Assembly: GCA_964035545.1 (NCBI GenBank)
Contig: OZ037773.1
Coordinates: forward strand, 3,315,751 to 3,379,750
Length of the DNA stretch: 64,000 nucleotides
Reading direction: 5' to 3'
Source: Bugula neritina
Taxonomy: Eukaryota > Animalia > Bryozoa
The notes beneath the pieces were generated by a model. That model had not been told where the DNA came from. It saw nothing but the letters and a program-made list of their open reading frames with translations, and ran no database searches. The position numbers were made by a program, and so were the translations under genes. This document shows, one piece after another, positions 11,689-28,038 of the stretch (its first letter is position 1; each line of letters begins with the position of its first letter).

Positions 11689-11998
11689 ATCGAATGTGGT
11701 AGTTATGGTAACAGTTGTAGTATTAAACAGATGCTTAATAGTGGGGTAAAGTATAGAGCGCGCGTTTTTATATGTAAATGAGGTAGTTAAAAACTATCCA
11801 ATCAGAGAACAGTATGTTTTAACGGACGTCTTAGTGGAGTCCATTAAAAAAGTCGCGCCTATTACTACCGTGAAGATTATTAAATTTTTGTTGACGAATG
11901 AAACGCGTAGAACTATCTAATTTGCATATAGTTTCATATATAAACTCACGCAACTGCGGTAGTTTGCATTCAGTGTTGATAATCACAAGCTATTCAAC
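11689..11998. promoter_or_regulatory. H2A/H2B bidirectional promoter with H2B octamer
   Basis: TATA for H2A (about 11765-11773, minus strand), CCAAT at 11798, shared 16-mer at 11821-11836, octamer ATTTGCAT at 11920-11927 immediately upstream of the H2B TATATAAA (about 11937-11944). Confidence 0.8.
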
Positions 11999-12367
11999 AT
12001 GCCTCCCAAAGTTAGTTCAAAAGGTGCCAAAAAAGCAGGAAAGGCTAAAGCAGCTCGCACTGGCGACAAGAAAAGGAAGAGGAAAAGAAAGGAAAGCTAT
12101 GGGATCTACATCTACAAGGTTTTGAAGCAAGTGCATCCCGACACTGGGGTGTCCAGCAAGGCCATGAGCATCATGAACAGCTTTGTCAATGATGTCTTTG
12201 AAAGAATTGCAGGTGAAGCATCAAGACTTGCCCACTACAACAAAAGATCCACCATTACTAGCCGAGAGGTCCAAACTGCTGTGAGGTTGATTCTTCCAGG
12301 AGAATTAGCCAAGCACGCTGTATCTGAGGGTACCAAAGCCGTGACCAAATACACTAGCTCCAAGTAA
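11999..12367 (+). CDS. H2B: Histone H2B
   Basis: [21 protein letters not shown]...[10 protein letters not shown]; intronless; divergent from H2A. Confidence 0.99.
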   Translation: MPPKVSSKGAKKAGKAKAARTGDKKRKRKRKESYGIYIYKVLKQVHPDTGVSSKAMSIMNSFVNDVFERIAGEASRLAHYNKRSTITSREVQTAVRLILPGELAKHAVSEGTKAVTKYTSSK

Positions 12368-12391
12368 ATTCTGCAAGCTCCACAACCCAAC

Positions 12392-12432
12392 GGCCCTTTT
12401 CAGGGCCACCAAATTCAGTTTAAGAGTTGTTC
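12392..12432 (+). terminator. Histone 3' stem-loop and downstream element (H2B)
   Basis: GGCCCTTTTCAGGGCC (12392-12407), ACCA, then TAAGAGTTGTTC (12421-12432). Confidence 0.95.
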
Positions 12433-13026
12433 TTAAATTAATCTCGCAATTTGCACAAGCTAATTGCTTGTTTTTAGATGCATGCGTATACCATTGTATC
12501 TTAAGTTTTCCACATTTACTGAGATATTGCCAATAGCAGCTGGCAAACTTAAATTATTGCATTTTAGGTTTGCAATTTCTGCTTTTATTCTTGATACAAA
12601 TTATACAGCACTGAAACTAATTAATCATGCACTTTCTTAATTGACCCCTTGAGGGCTTCTGGGATTTTTGTAAACTTCATAACATTTACAGCCATCATCC
12701 GATGTATGGTAAATGGGTAGAAAATATCCACCCAATCGTAGACTAACGCACATCTTCATGCAGAATTTATACCCAGTAATTAGAAATGCTGCATAAGTAA
12801 GTTAATTTTGAAAACCTCCAAGCCTTAAATAGAATCTGTACACTCACAAACTAATGAATGGCTAAGCTAGTGCACACATAACAAAACCTGAGTTATATTT
12901 GATATTATTTTTATGGTATTACAATTGAGCAAAACATGATTAATGTACAAACTACAAGTATTACAAATATATTACATCGAATAATATACTGACAAGCCAA
13001 AAACAGAGTATTCAAAACAGAAAAAG

Positions 13027-14761
13027 TTACATAATACTACAGTCAAAACAGTTGAGAGAAGTGCTAGATTTGATTGGCTGGGACATATGTAGAGATTTCG
13101 AATTGGTTACATCATCAGGTAGATGAGCCCTGTGGTGCTTCTGATACGCTTCCATCATTTTGCGGGTGGTAGCAGTAAACGTCTCTTTCACATTGTCACA
13201 GAGCTTTGCGGAGGACTCAAAGTATGCTATATTCAGACTGGCTGCTAAAGACTGCAAGCAGATGGTAAAATATCAAAATAGGTTCTCTCTCTGGTATACA
13301 GGACACTTAGGGAGGAAAGGGTAACAAAACCTACCTGAGCTCGTTCCTTGGAGACAGCCCGTGTGTCGGCCATGTCTGATTTGTTACCCAGTAGTACCAA
13401 CACTGCGTCCTGCCGAGAGAGTTGCCTCGCCTCTTCGTACCACCGCAGTACGTTGGAGAAGGAATTCTGCAAACACAATGAACAAATGATGAGCTGAACA
13501 AACCAGCTGCTGGAGTGATGATTGTTGGCAAATGTATGGATAAAGTTCATAAAAACATATAAAAGATAAAAAAACTAGGACAAACATTGTCAAAAATATA
13601 CAATATATTATTATAATACAATGCTAGGAGCAGAGTTGTGCAACAAGTTTTATAGTGTTTAGAGTTGTCCTCTCTTATAACTACTGCCTTGAGTGAAATA
13701 GTTGTTAACAAGGCATTAGGAGTAGTTGCAATGAGATCAGCCAGTTACTATTCAGTTTCCAGACTGCAGCCGGTTTACAAATGGAAACCAATCAAATATC
13801 AGACTCAGTCCAATTGGTCAATAAAATCATGGAAAAGGGTCAGATAGGTTGAACAGCTCTCGTATCAAAGAGATAGAAAGGGCAGGCTGCCAGCTAATAC
13901 TAGCATCAAATGATTGAACAAAACTTCGTTATTAAAAGGAAGCCAAGTACAATTAGTGTTATTTATGTTAAATAGTTCTCCTTCTACATTTTTATCCATG
14001 ACTTGGGGAAGACAACTTCAACATTTGCATTGCACTGATATAAATTATTACTTGCAGCTGGTAATGAGAGTAACACAGGTTGGAGGTATCTGCCATGTGA
14101 CGCACTAAGTAGACTGTGAACTTACTTCACTGGTGACATCAAATACTATGATGATAGCCTCGGCTCCTCTGTAATAGTGACCGCACAGAGTCTTGAACCT
14201 CTCCTGACCCGCAGTATCCCACTAAAACGTGAAAGAGCACAGGCTAAACTGACAGTCCCAACCCGTACTATACCAAAGGTGTTCAAGAAACAGTATAATA
14301 CTCACCATTTGTAACTTCACTCTCTTGTCATCAACTGAGATTGTCCTTATCCGCTGCAAACAACAGAAAGCACTGTTTACAGGGAAAATTATATATGCAT
14401 ATACAAGTTATATAATCTATAATTAAAATAACTCTCGACTACTGAAGTACATAAAGAAATGAGTTCATATCGAGCAAGTAGAGCAGAACTCACCAGATCT
14501 ACTCCGATGGTGCACAAATAGCTTTCCTGGAAGAAGTCATCAGAGTATCTCAGTAGGAGGGACGACTTACCCACCCCGCAATCACCAATCAGCACAACTT
14601 TAAAAACATAGTCTCTACAAATCAAAATGATTGATTATAAGATGTTATGTTGCAAACAGAAGAACAGTGTGGTAGAAGTAGCTAAACATTGTAGTTATGT
14701 AAGTAGTGAATGCTATGCTTTAGATTCTAACTAACATGTCCTCATTTGATGAACTCTTCAT
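13027..14761 (-). CDS. Rab-family small GTPase, Rab1-like but divergent, 215 aa, CaaX end
   Basis: Exons 14761-14736, 14614-14494, 14353-14306, 14221-14126, 13466-13335, 13251-13027 (648 nt, in frame). Motifs [42 protein letters not shown]; ends CSIM. A probable 5'UTR exon has its donor near 15079. Confidence 0.9.
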
Positions 14762-17700
14762 AATCTGTGGAGAGTAGATCTTGATGTTTTAATTTATCAG
14801 ACCATCAACTTGGAAAGTAGTCAGCGTTGAAGCTGCAATCTAGAAAAGCCGAAAGTTAAAATTAGCAAACAAATCAGAACCAATAATTAATATAATAATA
14901 TGTAATACTAGAATATATATTAGTGAAATATCCATATATATGACATAAAAATTAACATTATAATAGAGTATTATATTCATAGACAGTTAATAAACAAATT
15001 TAAAAATATAATGCAAGGATCTGCAAGTGTCATTGAAATTAGTGTTACAAGAAACAGTCTCAGTCACACTTTGACTTACCATCACTGTGATTGTGTAGAT
15101 CAGTTTAAGTATCACTACTATTAGTATGCATCACAAGTTTCTAGATTTCGATTTTAATTTTAAACTTTTAAAATCATTAGATTAAAATATTTACATCAAT
15201 GCTAAACTTCAACTCAGTCTCAAGTGTCTCAATAATTTATTACTTTGATATTTATAATAATATAAATACTTACAGTTACGATAAATCTTATTTATTGGCG
15301 GATACTTATAGAAGTCGTTAAAGTTATACTAATATTAAAACTGAAAGTGAGATTTAAATCAATCTAACTATTACGGCATTACGGTTACCATAGGCATAAC
15401 ATTGAGAATGTGGTATTACCAACTTCCTGGCTTAGACTAAGGCTTAGAGTTAGGTTAATGAATCAAAATAGAATTATATAGTTTACTGTTTAGTGTTTAG
15501 TCACTTACTCTTCCTCACTAAGTTTATCATCTTGGTAGCCACCATTTATACTTATACTTATATCATACTCACAATGAGTAATCATTAATGTATTGAATTA
15601 TAAGCCAACGCATTTACAGTGAGTTGGAAGCTAGAAGTATAATTTATGAAGAAGTTTACCATAATCAATAATCATCATCATGACGCAATAATTAGAATTC
15701 GCATGTTCAACTTCGGGTTGATGTTATTGTTCACATCATCATGTTGTTTATTCTCCACAGGGAGTGAAACATGACTCATTGAATTTAGTAAAAGTTCGTA
15801 AAAAATTTCTTTACTATTTTATCAAGACTAGCTCTTCGCCTACCTAAATTATATTTGAATAATCGCCTCATAAGCTTGTTGAAAGACATTGTGATTGTCA
15901 CTTAGAGTTTGTGATAGATTTGGTAGCCATGGCAGAAATGACCTTGACTGCCTCTCAGATGCAAGTGTGAAAACAACTCCGATTTTGCATCAACATAAAC
16001 GATTATTATGCGCATTTCCTGTTAATCTGACTAAGCGATCACATTGGATCTAGATTGATAAAGCCGCCAAAAAGGTAATCCAAATCAAAATTGAAATACT
16101 TTTAGTTTTTATGCTTCAAGATAGTATTGATTAAAATTTGCATTGGCATTACTATTAATGTATCAGGCTCAATATTTATAAATTAAATTTAATTATAATA
16201 CAATGAATATTTATAATAAATATAATATTCGTATTCATATTGATATTCATATTGATATTGATATTCATATTGTCTTATAGTTTAAGTTATTGATTTAATA
16301 TTATTATTAATATTAATAATAATTTAATAATATTCATATTGATAATCATAATATAATAATTATAATTTAATAATGTAAATATTATTAATCAAAATGATAT
16401 TGATATTTGATGTTCATAATGATAATAATAATGGAAAATGTAATGGGATATAAGAAATATTAATATAGTCCTAATTAATAAATTTAAATTATACTCATTA
16501 TGTTTATGATTAATAATATTATTATTATTGTTTATATTAATATTATAATGATAAGAATAACTTTAACTGCTTAACTTTAAGTATTAACTCAAGTCAATGT
16601 CAATTGACATTTTCATACTCAAACTCATACTGAGTATCATACTCATAGTCAATGTCATAGTACGTCATTGTGATTGTCATACTGATACTGGTAGTAATAT
16701 TGAATTTAATTATCATAGTGATAGTCATAGTGATAGTGATTTTCAGCTTCATACTCTACTGATAGTGATAATCATACGGATCTTATTTTGATTAATATTT
16801 AGTAATTATTATTAATAAATGTAATGCCAATACAAGTAATTATACTTAATATTGTATTTATGATAATAATAAATTTAATACGTATAGTTATAGTTATACT
16901 AATACTAAACGTAATACTATTTTACTTAGTGTCACTATAACTATTAGTATAAGGATTAATACTCCTGTAGTAGTGATAGTGTAGTACTAGTAGTGTATTA
17001 GTATTGGTATCTAATTTGATATTATAATTATAAAGGTAGTAAGTGAGTGGGAGTAATACTGATGCTGATAGTATTACTATAACATTAACTATTGCTATTA
17101 GTCATAGTAAAAGTAGTACTCAATGATTCACTCTTGTGCATCATACTTGGGTCCACCAATTCGGCTTCAACCATCATGGTCATTTTCATAAAAAGTATTT
17201 ATGGTTACAGTGATAATGATTAATGCCATTATGGTTGTCACTAAAGTGTTGAACATATTATATGTTGTACCTGTATGAATAGAACTTGATATAATGTGTG
17301 TATCAACTTTAACATTTTCTACAGCTTAGTAGATCAGTGTTTCAGTAGGTTTTTGCTTGGCTGCTAGATTAGCTCTATCTCATATCTTAATATGTGATAT
17401 CCAGAAATATTGTTATGTTGGTTGTATGTAGGGTAAGTGAGACATCTATATCATAGTGCAAGCGTACTGGTTCTTTATAGTTCTGACCTGTAGGTTGAAG
17501 ACTCACTATCAGTCACACTTTACTGTACACACCCTTTCTACATAGGACTAGTCTCGTTCCTCTGTTCTCGTTTATACTGTATACGTACATATGTGTGCTT
17601 AAATATATGTATTACACAATCACAGTTGTCAAATGTAGCTAATTTCAGAATTAAAAAAGTTGGTACCAAAAGCATCTTTTTAGTTGTGAATTTTAGCAAT

Positions 17701-17998
17701 TGCGTCCAGTTTTGTAAAATTACATGAAAGTTGCTGACTGTGACATTCTCTCGGTTAATTGGTTTATACTGTTTCGTTCAAATTTGCAATTTTGAATTTT
17801 TTGTTCCACTTGAAAATAGTTCAACAGTTACTCTGAGTTTTTGGCCATATTAGCTTTATACATAATATTTGGATTTGGTTAGTTTTTTTTATAGTTTTGA
17901 GTGGTTGCATGTGCTTTGAATAATCAAGAGTATTTTCTGGGACTCAAAATATTTAGTTACATTATTGAATGTTGTAGACTGTACAACTCTCTGCAACT

Positions 17999-18622
17999 AT
18001 GTCGTCCACATCCCAGAAACATAAGAATTTTGTCTCTGAGCCAATGGGAGAGAAATTGGTCAGTGAACTAGCAGGAATAGGCCCTGTTCTATCGACAAGG
18101 TTTACTGAAAAGGGTTATGACATGGTAGGTGACGCGCTAGATTATTAGCAGGTTGCTGTAGATTAGTGGTTATACCGACAAGTAACTAGATTCTACTAAA
18201 GTTTTAGTTTCGGGCTGTATATATTTATGTCACAGATAACTGTACTCGTTTCCTGTGTATGTATGTCCAGAGTAATAGCTTTATTATAAAACACCAATGC
18301 ACGTTGGGTACAAGCTCCGAAAATGGTCTCAAACCGCTTTAGCAACATGCACTTTAGTACAAGGGCTACGTTATACATTCTATGTCAAAGTTAGCCCTAT
18401 GAATGCTACTCCAACTGTGTTGACTGTGTATTTGTTGTGATTGAAATTTTTGAACTCTATAATTTCTTATCACAGGCATACGTTGTGTTGGGACAGTTTC
18501 TGTTGCTAAAGAAAGACGAAGAAATGTTTATAGACTGGGTGAAGGACACCGTGGGAGCTAATGCTAAGCAAGCTAGAGATTGTAGTAACTGTATGAGAGA
18601 GTGGTGTCAAGCAAATCTGTAG
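17999..18622 (+). CDS. BANF1: Barrier-to-autointegration factor, 90 aa
   Basis: Exon 17999-18124 ([42 protein letters not shown]) and exon 18476-18622 ([48 protein letters not shown]). Probable 5'UTR exons have donors near 16075 and 17433. Confidence 0.96.
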
Positions 18623-19309
18623 TTACAGCAACTAATCTTTTACTCAGGTCTTTACATTATTTGCATCTGCTTTTGCCATCTTAACTCATTGCATATACAA
18701 CTGCTACCTGCCGCATCATACAACTTGACTGTAATAGCATGTACTGTAAAATATTTATATTTTGTTTAATCTAAACTCAAGGACTTGGTTTAATAACAGA
18801 CAGATAAATAATATTCAATTCTGTTAAATATTATTATTTAATTCATCAAAATATTATTTATAATTTTGTTAGCAATTCCACCAAGATATTGTATAGTATC
18901 TTTCTAAAATAAACTAATTTGATAATTATGTTATTTAAATTATGAACACTGAATTGCTAAACAACATTTTAGCTTTGACTGGTTCACTGAATATGCTAAT
19001 TTGAGGGTTGATTAGTATACCCCCTCCTCATACTGGTTAATGAAACAATATCCAACTACTAAATATACTGGAAGTTATGTTCTCACTCACACAAATAACT
19101 GCCTTGATTTACAACACATACCTATATACACTGAATTGAAACTGAGTTATATTCCAATACCCATATATCTATGCATTATTTGGAAGCCTCTTTATTCTCC
19201 CCTCCAGATAAAGCAAGTTCAGTTTGTCTGTTTAAATTCCAGTGGGTTTGGTGAAGAATTAATAAATTATAACATTTCTATCTACAAGTTGTTTTATTTT
19301 AATTAAAAT

Positions 19310-20045
19310 CAATATTTGTTATAAATGGCGAATTTGTTGATAAAAATTGAAATGTTCTGTACAACTTATTTAATTATTTTACTTGAAGAACATGAAAACA
19401 GAATAGTAGTGAGTTGTCACTCCTTATAAAGGGTGTAGATAACAGCTAGAGCATATATAGATCTATTGTAAAATCTTGCTGTTACATAATCATCTGTCTT
19501 TTCATTCCAAATACTTCTGCTAGATATATTTACTGCGAAGTTTTCATTCACATTGCCAATATGTACCAAATGTCACTATCTAAAACAGGAAGATATATAT
19601 AAAATATTTATTTTGCACACCAAAGTCAGGGTAGATGTGATTAAATATAGTTCAAGTAAAAATGGTACTTACTGTTGCAAATAACTTATATATAAGTCAA
19701 AGTTCAACTGGAATATGACAGGAACGATGTAAAAGATCCAAGTATGAGCATCAAAATGCTCAACACAATCAACAGACAAGTACAAAATATTTTTCCATTT
19801 TACAGTTTCTTAAAAGCCTAATTCATAATTGGATAAAAGAAACAGCTATAATCTGCATAGCAAAAATGGTGAAAAGTTCTTTCAAAAGTCAATAAAGGGA
19901 AGAAAGAGTAATGTAATTTCTCACCTAGCAATTCATTCAGTTTCCTAACTCTGTAATGACTTTGGCTATATCTTTGGACAGCTGTTTGCAGCGCCCACTG
20001 CCATAAAATTGTCTTTCAGATACAGCTCTAGGGTGGTTTGGTCTG
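19310..20045 (-). pseudogene. Decayed partial tandem duplicate of the Tctex1-domain gene (last two exons plus intron and 3' flank)
   Basis: Colinear with about 22790-23520. It has a 1-nt insertion (accaaatgtc vs accaatgtc near 19568), a lost acceptor, small deletions in the exon-3 copy, and no 5' exons. Confidence 0.85.
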
Positions 20046-22897
20046 TGGTAAATCCTTTTTCAATAGCGTTCATGAGAGCATGCATATGTAATAGCTTCAT
20101 AAGATTTTTACATAGTATAAGATGGAGTTTAACCTTTTTAAGTAGGCCTGTTTTGAGTCAAGACTCTAAAATTCAGGGTCTGGAAGTATGTCACGAATTT
20201 AAAAGGCAACATTAATACGAATCAATCTCAATAAAATTGGAAGTGGTTAATCACGATTTGGTAGGTCATCTTTTATTCTATGTGTAATAGATATATTGGT
20301 GCTTTCTGTGTTTTGTGGGGAATTTTTTTTTACTTATAGTGTCATTGCTACCATCTAAGCTTTCTCCATACTTTCTGATGTGATAGCAAAAATGTTGCCT
20401 AAAAGTAGATGGGAAATATTTTTTTATAATGCCAAAGTACATATACCCAAGTAACTTAAGCTGAAATGTGTCAGGCCTGCCATATTTAAACCTGTGCAGA
20501 CTTATGACTGTACCTGGTGATATAATACATTTCTGGTTCACCCAATCATCCTATAACAGCTTGTCCTAGTTTTTTAGTAGGAATTTTTTTCTTTTGTGAC
20601 AGATGACACACAAGAAAGAAGCATTTACCCATGATCTTTGAATAAGGCACAACTATGCAGACCAATTGTTTTTCTAAGGGGTGGCTGTGTTGCCCATAGA
20701 AAATTGTTGAAGTTTTGTGAGAAAAATAAACTGTTGGCATGAGGCAAAAGGTTGAGTTGTGACTTAGATCTGTGCCCTCCATCCATTCACCTTTCATTAA
20801 GTGAATCACAATTACACATAGGCATGCATCTGCGCCACACAGCATCCGTGCTGTCACAGTAACAATTATTGGCTGTCACAGTGGCTTAAACATATTTACA
20901 TTATATTATATACTTCAAGTTTGAGCAGAGCCTTAGGGTATTTCCTCTGTAGGCTACCTATAATTAACCTAAATTAATTTTGACTCTATAGTCATTATTA
21001 AAATACCTAGTATAAAAAGTGTGCATTTAACCAAGAGCATTGTTTTAGGAAAAAGGCCAATATAATAATATATAGTTCAATTTACATTTGTTGATGAGAC
21101 TCAATAGTTTAAGTTTAAAGCACCCTCCAGAGCCCAGACTAACCTGCTCATGCTGTTTATGCTGCTCATTATTTTTTGCAAAATTTTCATGTCATTTAAA
21201 ATCATGGAGATGATCAATATGATTATTATGATCATCAGCAACAATTTTTACGTATAAATAAAATAATAATTTCAAGATATTCAAATGATTTAAACAAAAG
21301 TTAAGGGAAGACAACTTTAGACTTATTTCAATAGTTTCAAGAGCATTAGTGCCTAACCATGGGTGCACAGAACATTCTAGAGCTTTCACAGATTAAATTT
21401 CTAAAGAATTATGTGGCCACCCTCAGAGTATAATGAGTGAAAAAGAAGGTTACTTCTAGACTAAATAGAATTTTATTTTAACTGGATAATGAAGATTCCA
21501 TTGTTGTAAGCTAGTACTTTGCTTGTTTTTCAACACTGCTAGAATAAAAGGCTGTATACCCGATTAACTTACATTGCTGCTTGGTATGCCTTCAGGTTTA
21601 ATCAATAGAACTTTTCAATGGAATATGTACTTGCAGTTGACAAAAAACAAACAACTTTTATATTCAGCATCATTTGTGCCTGCTAAAAATTGTAAAGTTT
21701 TCAAACATAAAGTATGAAACAATGTTTGGGTAGAGTAACAAGTTGGTAGGTTAAACTTGTGAGAACAAAGGCTACAAGCATTTCCATTATGTAATTTGAT
21801 GCCAGTGCAGCAGTTGCTAGGCTGAGAGATGTTTGTGTAATCTTTGCCTCCATATTCTTTCTTGCCTTGCAATCATAACTTTTATTGTTACTATACTTTT
21901 AATAAAGGGCAAGTGGTGTGTTCATATAAATTTATAAATATCTTCCCAAAAATTTGAGTTTAGACTCAAAACTGAAAATTGTCCACTTTGAAATTCTCAA
22001 AATTGAGACTATTCATGTAATTTTGTTTACAATAATAGTGCTCAGCACTGTAATAATATGTTGTAAATGAAAAGAAAACAAAAGTGATTTAAAACTCCAG
22101 GACAAGCTTAACTCATAACTAACTTGGTTTATAAAAGTTCCAGCAACTTATTCTATTTGTTTGGGAGCCATATGGTGTTCCTTTAAAAAATGGCTTTTGC
22201 TTGATTTAAAACTCTAAGTAATTTAGCTGTCTCTAACCATCATACTGTTTTGTAAACTATATATTTATTTACATGCAATGCTGTAAAAGATAGTATAATG
22301 TAGAATAAGCCTACAAGAAGCGTATCAGAACATTGCATAATGCCCTTTTCTTTTAACCATTTTAATTTCACACACGGAAAAGAACTCAAGGGCTCGAGTT
22401 GAAATTTAGTGTATGCTTAAATATGCTGCTTTTAATTTTATTGGCAATGATATTTTCAGCTGGCTTAGATATTTTCAACTACTACGTAAGATATAAAGCC
22501 TAGTTATCAACTTGCTGCTCCTCCATTTATAAGCAGTGGTGAAAAATTGGGTGAGCCTATAAGTTCAACTTTTTAATAAATTTTGGTTTGGAGTGAGTTT
22601 AACCTAGCAACCAGTTAAACATGGATACTGTTAGTTCTGGATACTTCATGTAAACACAAGGGCTGCAACTAAGACATGCTGAACTTAAACAATGCTGTTG
22701 ATCATGCTTTATTCATGCCTGGCATAACCTAAAATTGTAATGAAGGTTGGCATATCTCTACTAAGTTGCAGTTAACCACAATATTTTTATTTATAAGTGA
22801 TGAGTTTGTTATATTGATGAAAATTTGAAATGCTTTGTGTAATTTATTTTATTTAGCTGTGAGACTAAGAACACAAAAACAGGACAGCAAGGAGTTG

Positions 22898-25490
<2,593 letters not shown>

Positions 25491-28038
25491 GTGTTTCTGC
25501 TGATTTGATGCTTAGTTTTGACAGTTGATCTGTGCAGAGAATTACAGAAATCTAAAAGTTTCTATGATAAGCACAACTATAGTATGTTATTTATAACTTC
25601 TGCCGTGGGCATATAAAATATGAAATTAAGATTTTATAATAATATTGCGTTGTACCCACTGTATAACTTATTTATTATTATATATTCACATTACATAGTT
25701 ATAATTGTTCCACCAAAATAGCTTATACAGTGCTATGATATAATAAAGTATAAATAACCAATGAAATATATTAACGCAAAATGGTATAGACTACAGACTG
25801 TCTACTTTAGAGAAATTATATTAAAGCATATTATGAAACACATGGGAGTTTCCCCACTTAAAATAAAATGCAATACTTTTTGTAATTCGAAAACATCTCA
25901 TAATAGTAATGCACAGACACCATTATTTACCAAGCACAGTGTAATCATATGCTAATAATGAATAAAAGATCTCTCCTGATTCTTATTTAATACCGCCACC
26001 TGCCAGCAATATCCTGATTAGACAGAATAACAGCATTTCCTGTTACCTCTATTATGATCATGTGGCAGTTGGCTTCAACAGCCATGTCTTTCATGGCAAC
26101 CCCCCAATTTGAATTTAAAATGTTTGGTTACATATCTTATATATGCAGAAATTTAATTATGGTGGTTGTAAGCTGATGGCTAATGCTTTACGTCAGTGTA
26201 TTTAGTCAGTGTTCATCCACTAGGCATTCATAGCTCCTGTTGAACGCAACTTATTTTAGTAAATGCCACTTTTTATGTTTAGAGTCTATGAATAAATCAT
26301 ACCATTTGTTCCATTTTAAAGTTGATGTAAATAAATTGACTGATAACTATCTCAAAATAAATAAAAATAAAGTTATCAGCTGAAATAAAACTATAAATAT
26401 AAATATATTCACTATAGTATATATACTATTATGATCGTATCTGCCTTTTATTGGTAAATACAATATGTTTGATGTACGTACCTTAAGATGCTGATTTATG
26501 TCCAGATGTGTGAATCCTCTAGCTACCAGCCTCTCTCTTTAGGTCAAGTCACACCTCAGCCTTAGCAACTACTAAGTCTTAAGCTTATGCATAGAATAAA
26601 CAAAGCTTATTGTGCTGCCTTTTACTTAGAAGTTACAAATAGTAATATATTACATATTACAGTATTAGCTTTAGAATAAAGTAAACTCTAGGTCTGAGTT
26701 CAAGCTATTTACTGATATCGAATTCACAACTAGACAAGCACATGGTGGCAGCAATACAATACTAAGCATACTGTTTACAGCTACAAAGTTTAAATAGCAT
26801 GCAAAATAAAGTATGTCACACAGTGTTGGCAATATACTGTTTAGTCAATAGGCCAAGTGAATGGGGAAAAATTATATTGATGTAATATAAAACAAATAAT
26901 GGCATGTGCATGTATATTAGTGTGCGTCTGTGTATATTTTCATATATATCTGTGTGAGAAAATATATATTTATCATATATTATACATATCTACATAATAC
27001 ATGTATTTATTATATAGATATAACACATATGTAGGCTATATATATTTTAGCAACAGAATGTCTTCCCATCTCATTCTATAATTTTATTTCAAATTATACA
27101 TCTGAAATGTGTATTCTTGCATCTAGAGCCCAAGTTTGCATGATTCTAAGATGGTTTTTAAATTAAACAAATAATATTCTCTATAATTAGTCTAAAACAT
27201 GTAGGATGCTTATAATGCTACTGCATGCATAGCATACGTCATAACATCACAAGTTCAAATGAAAATATTAGCATTACGCATCCAAACATATAATAAATCT
27301 TTTAGCAGCGTAATCATATTTCATAATCAAGATTGATAGAACAAAAAAAATATACCGATTTCCTTAATATGGTTCATTCATTGCTCAGTTACCAGTTGAA
27401 TGATGCTATAACTATTTTACTTTTGAAAAAAGAAAACCTGTATACATGAGTAATTCATGATTCCGGACTCTAACCAGAAATGTAATTGTTAACATGCATT
27501 ACAGCCAATGAAATGTCACTGGAATCCTTATAAAACATGCAATATAAAAACAAAGAGTTTGAAGATTTAGGTTTCACAGTTCATGTAATTATTATTAGAC
27601 CTTTGATCACTACAAGTTATGTACAGGAATAGTACAGAGATTTATCCCACCAATATAACTTCCAATCACATGCATAAATATTTAAAAAATGTCAACAAAC
27701 TTGGCAACAAGTAAATTTAATTACTCAGTTCAAATAAAATACATCAATAGTGTCATAATACACATGAGCTGAGTGTAAAACTATAATTACCAACATTGAA
27801 ACAGAAGTACAGGAGTACCATTATAATGAATCTATAAGTATAACATTTGGCAGCAGGAAACCTCTTATTTTTAATATACTGCTAGTACCCAATAGCTGAC
27901 ACTTGCAGTGGATACACAGATGACACCTGCCAGAGTCAATTGACTGACACCTGTCAGGGTCAATTGACTGACACCTTCGGACACATATAAGATATTTCAA
28001 CAGGCTGCCATAAATCCACACACAGTAGTCAAGTGCTT

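Noticed and set aside
20278-20857. Short minus-strand ORFs between the Tctex1 copies as a transposase or gene remnant
   Set aside because: No recognisable motifs, TIRs or splice structure.
27921-27976. Metal-responsive (IRE-like) hairpin in the ZIP9 3'UTR
   Set aside because: It is a 24-bp tandem duplication containing the palindrome GTCAATTGAC, with no CAGUGN loop and bulged C.
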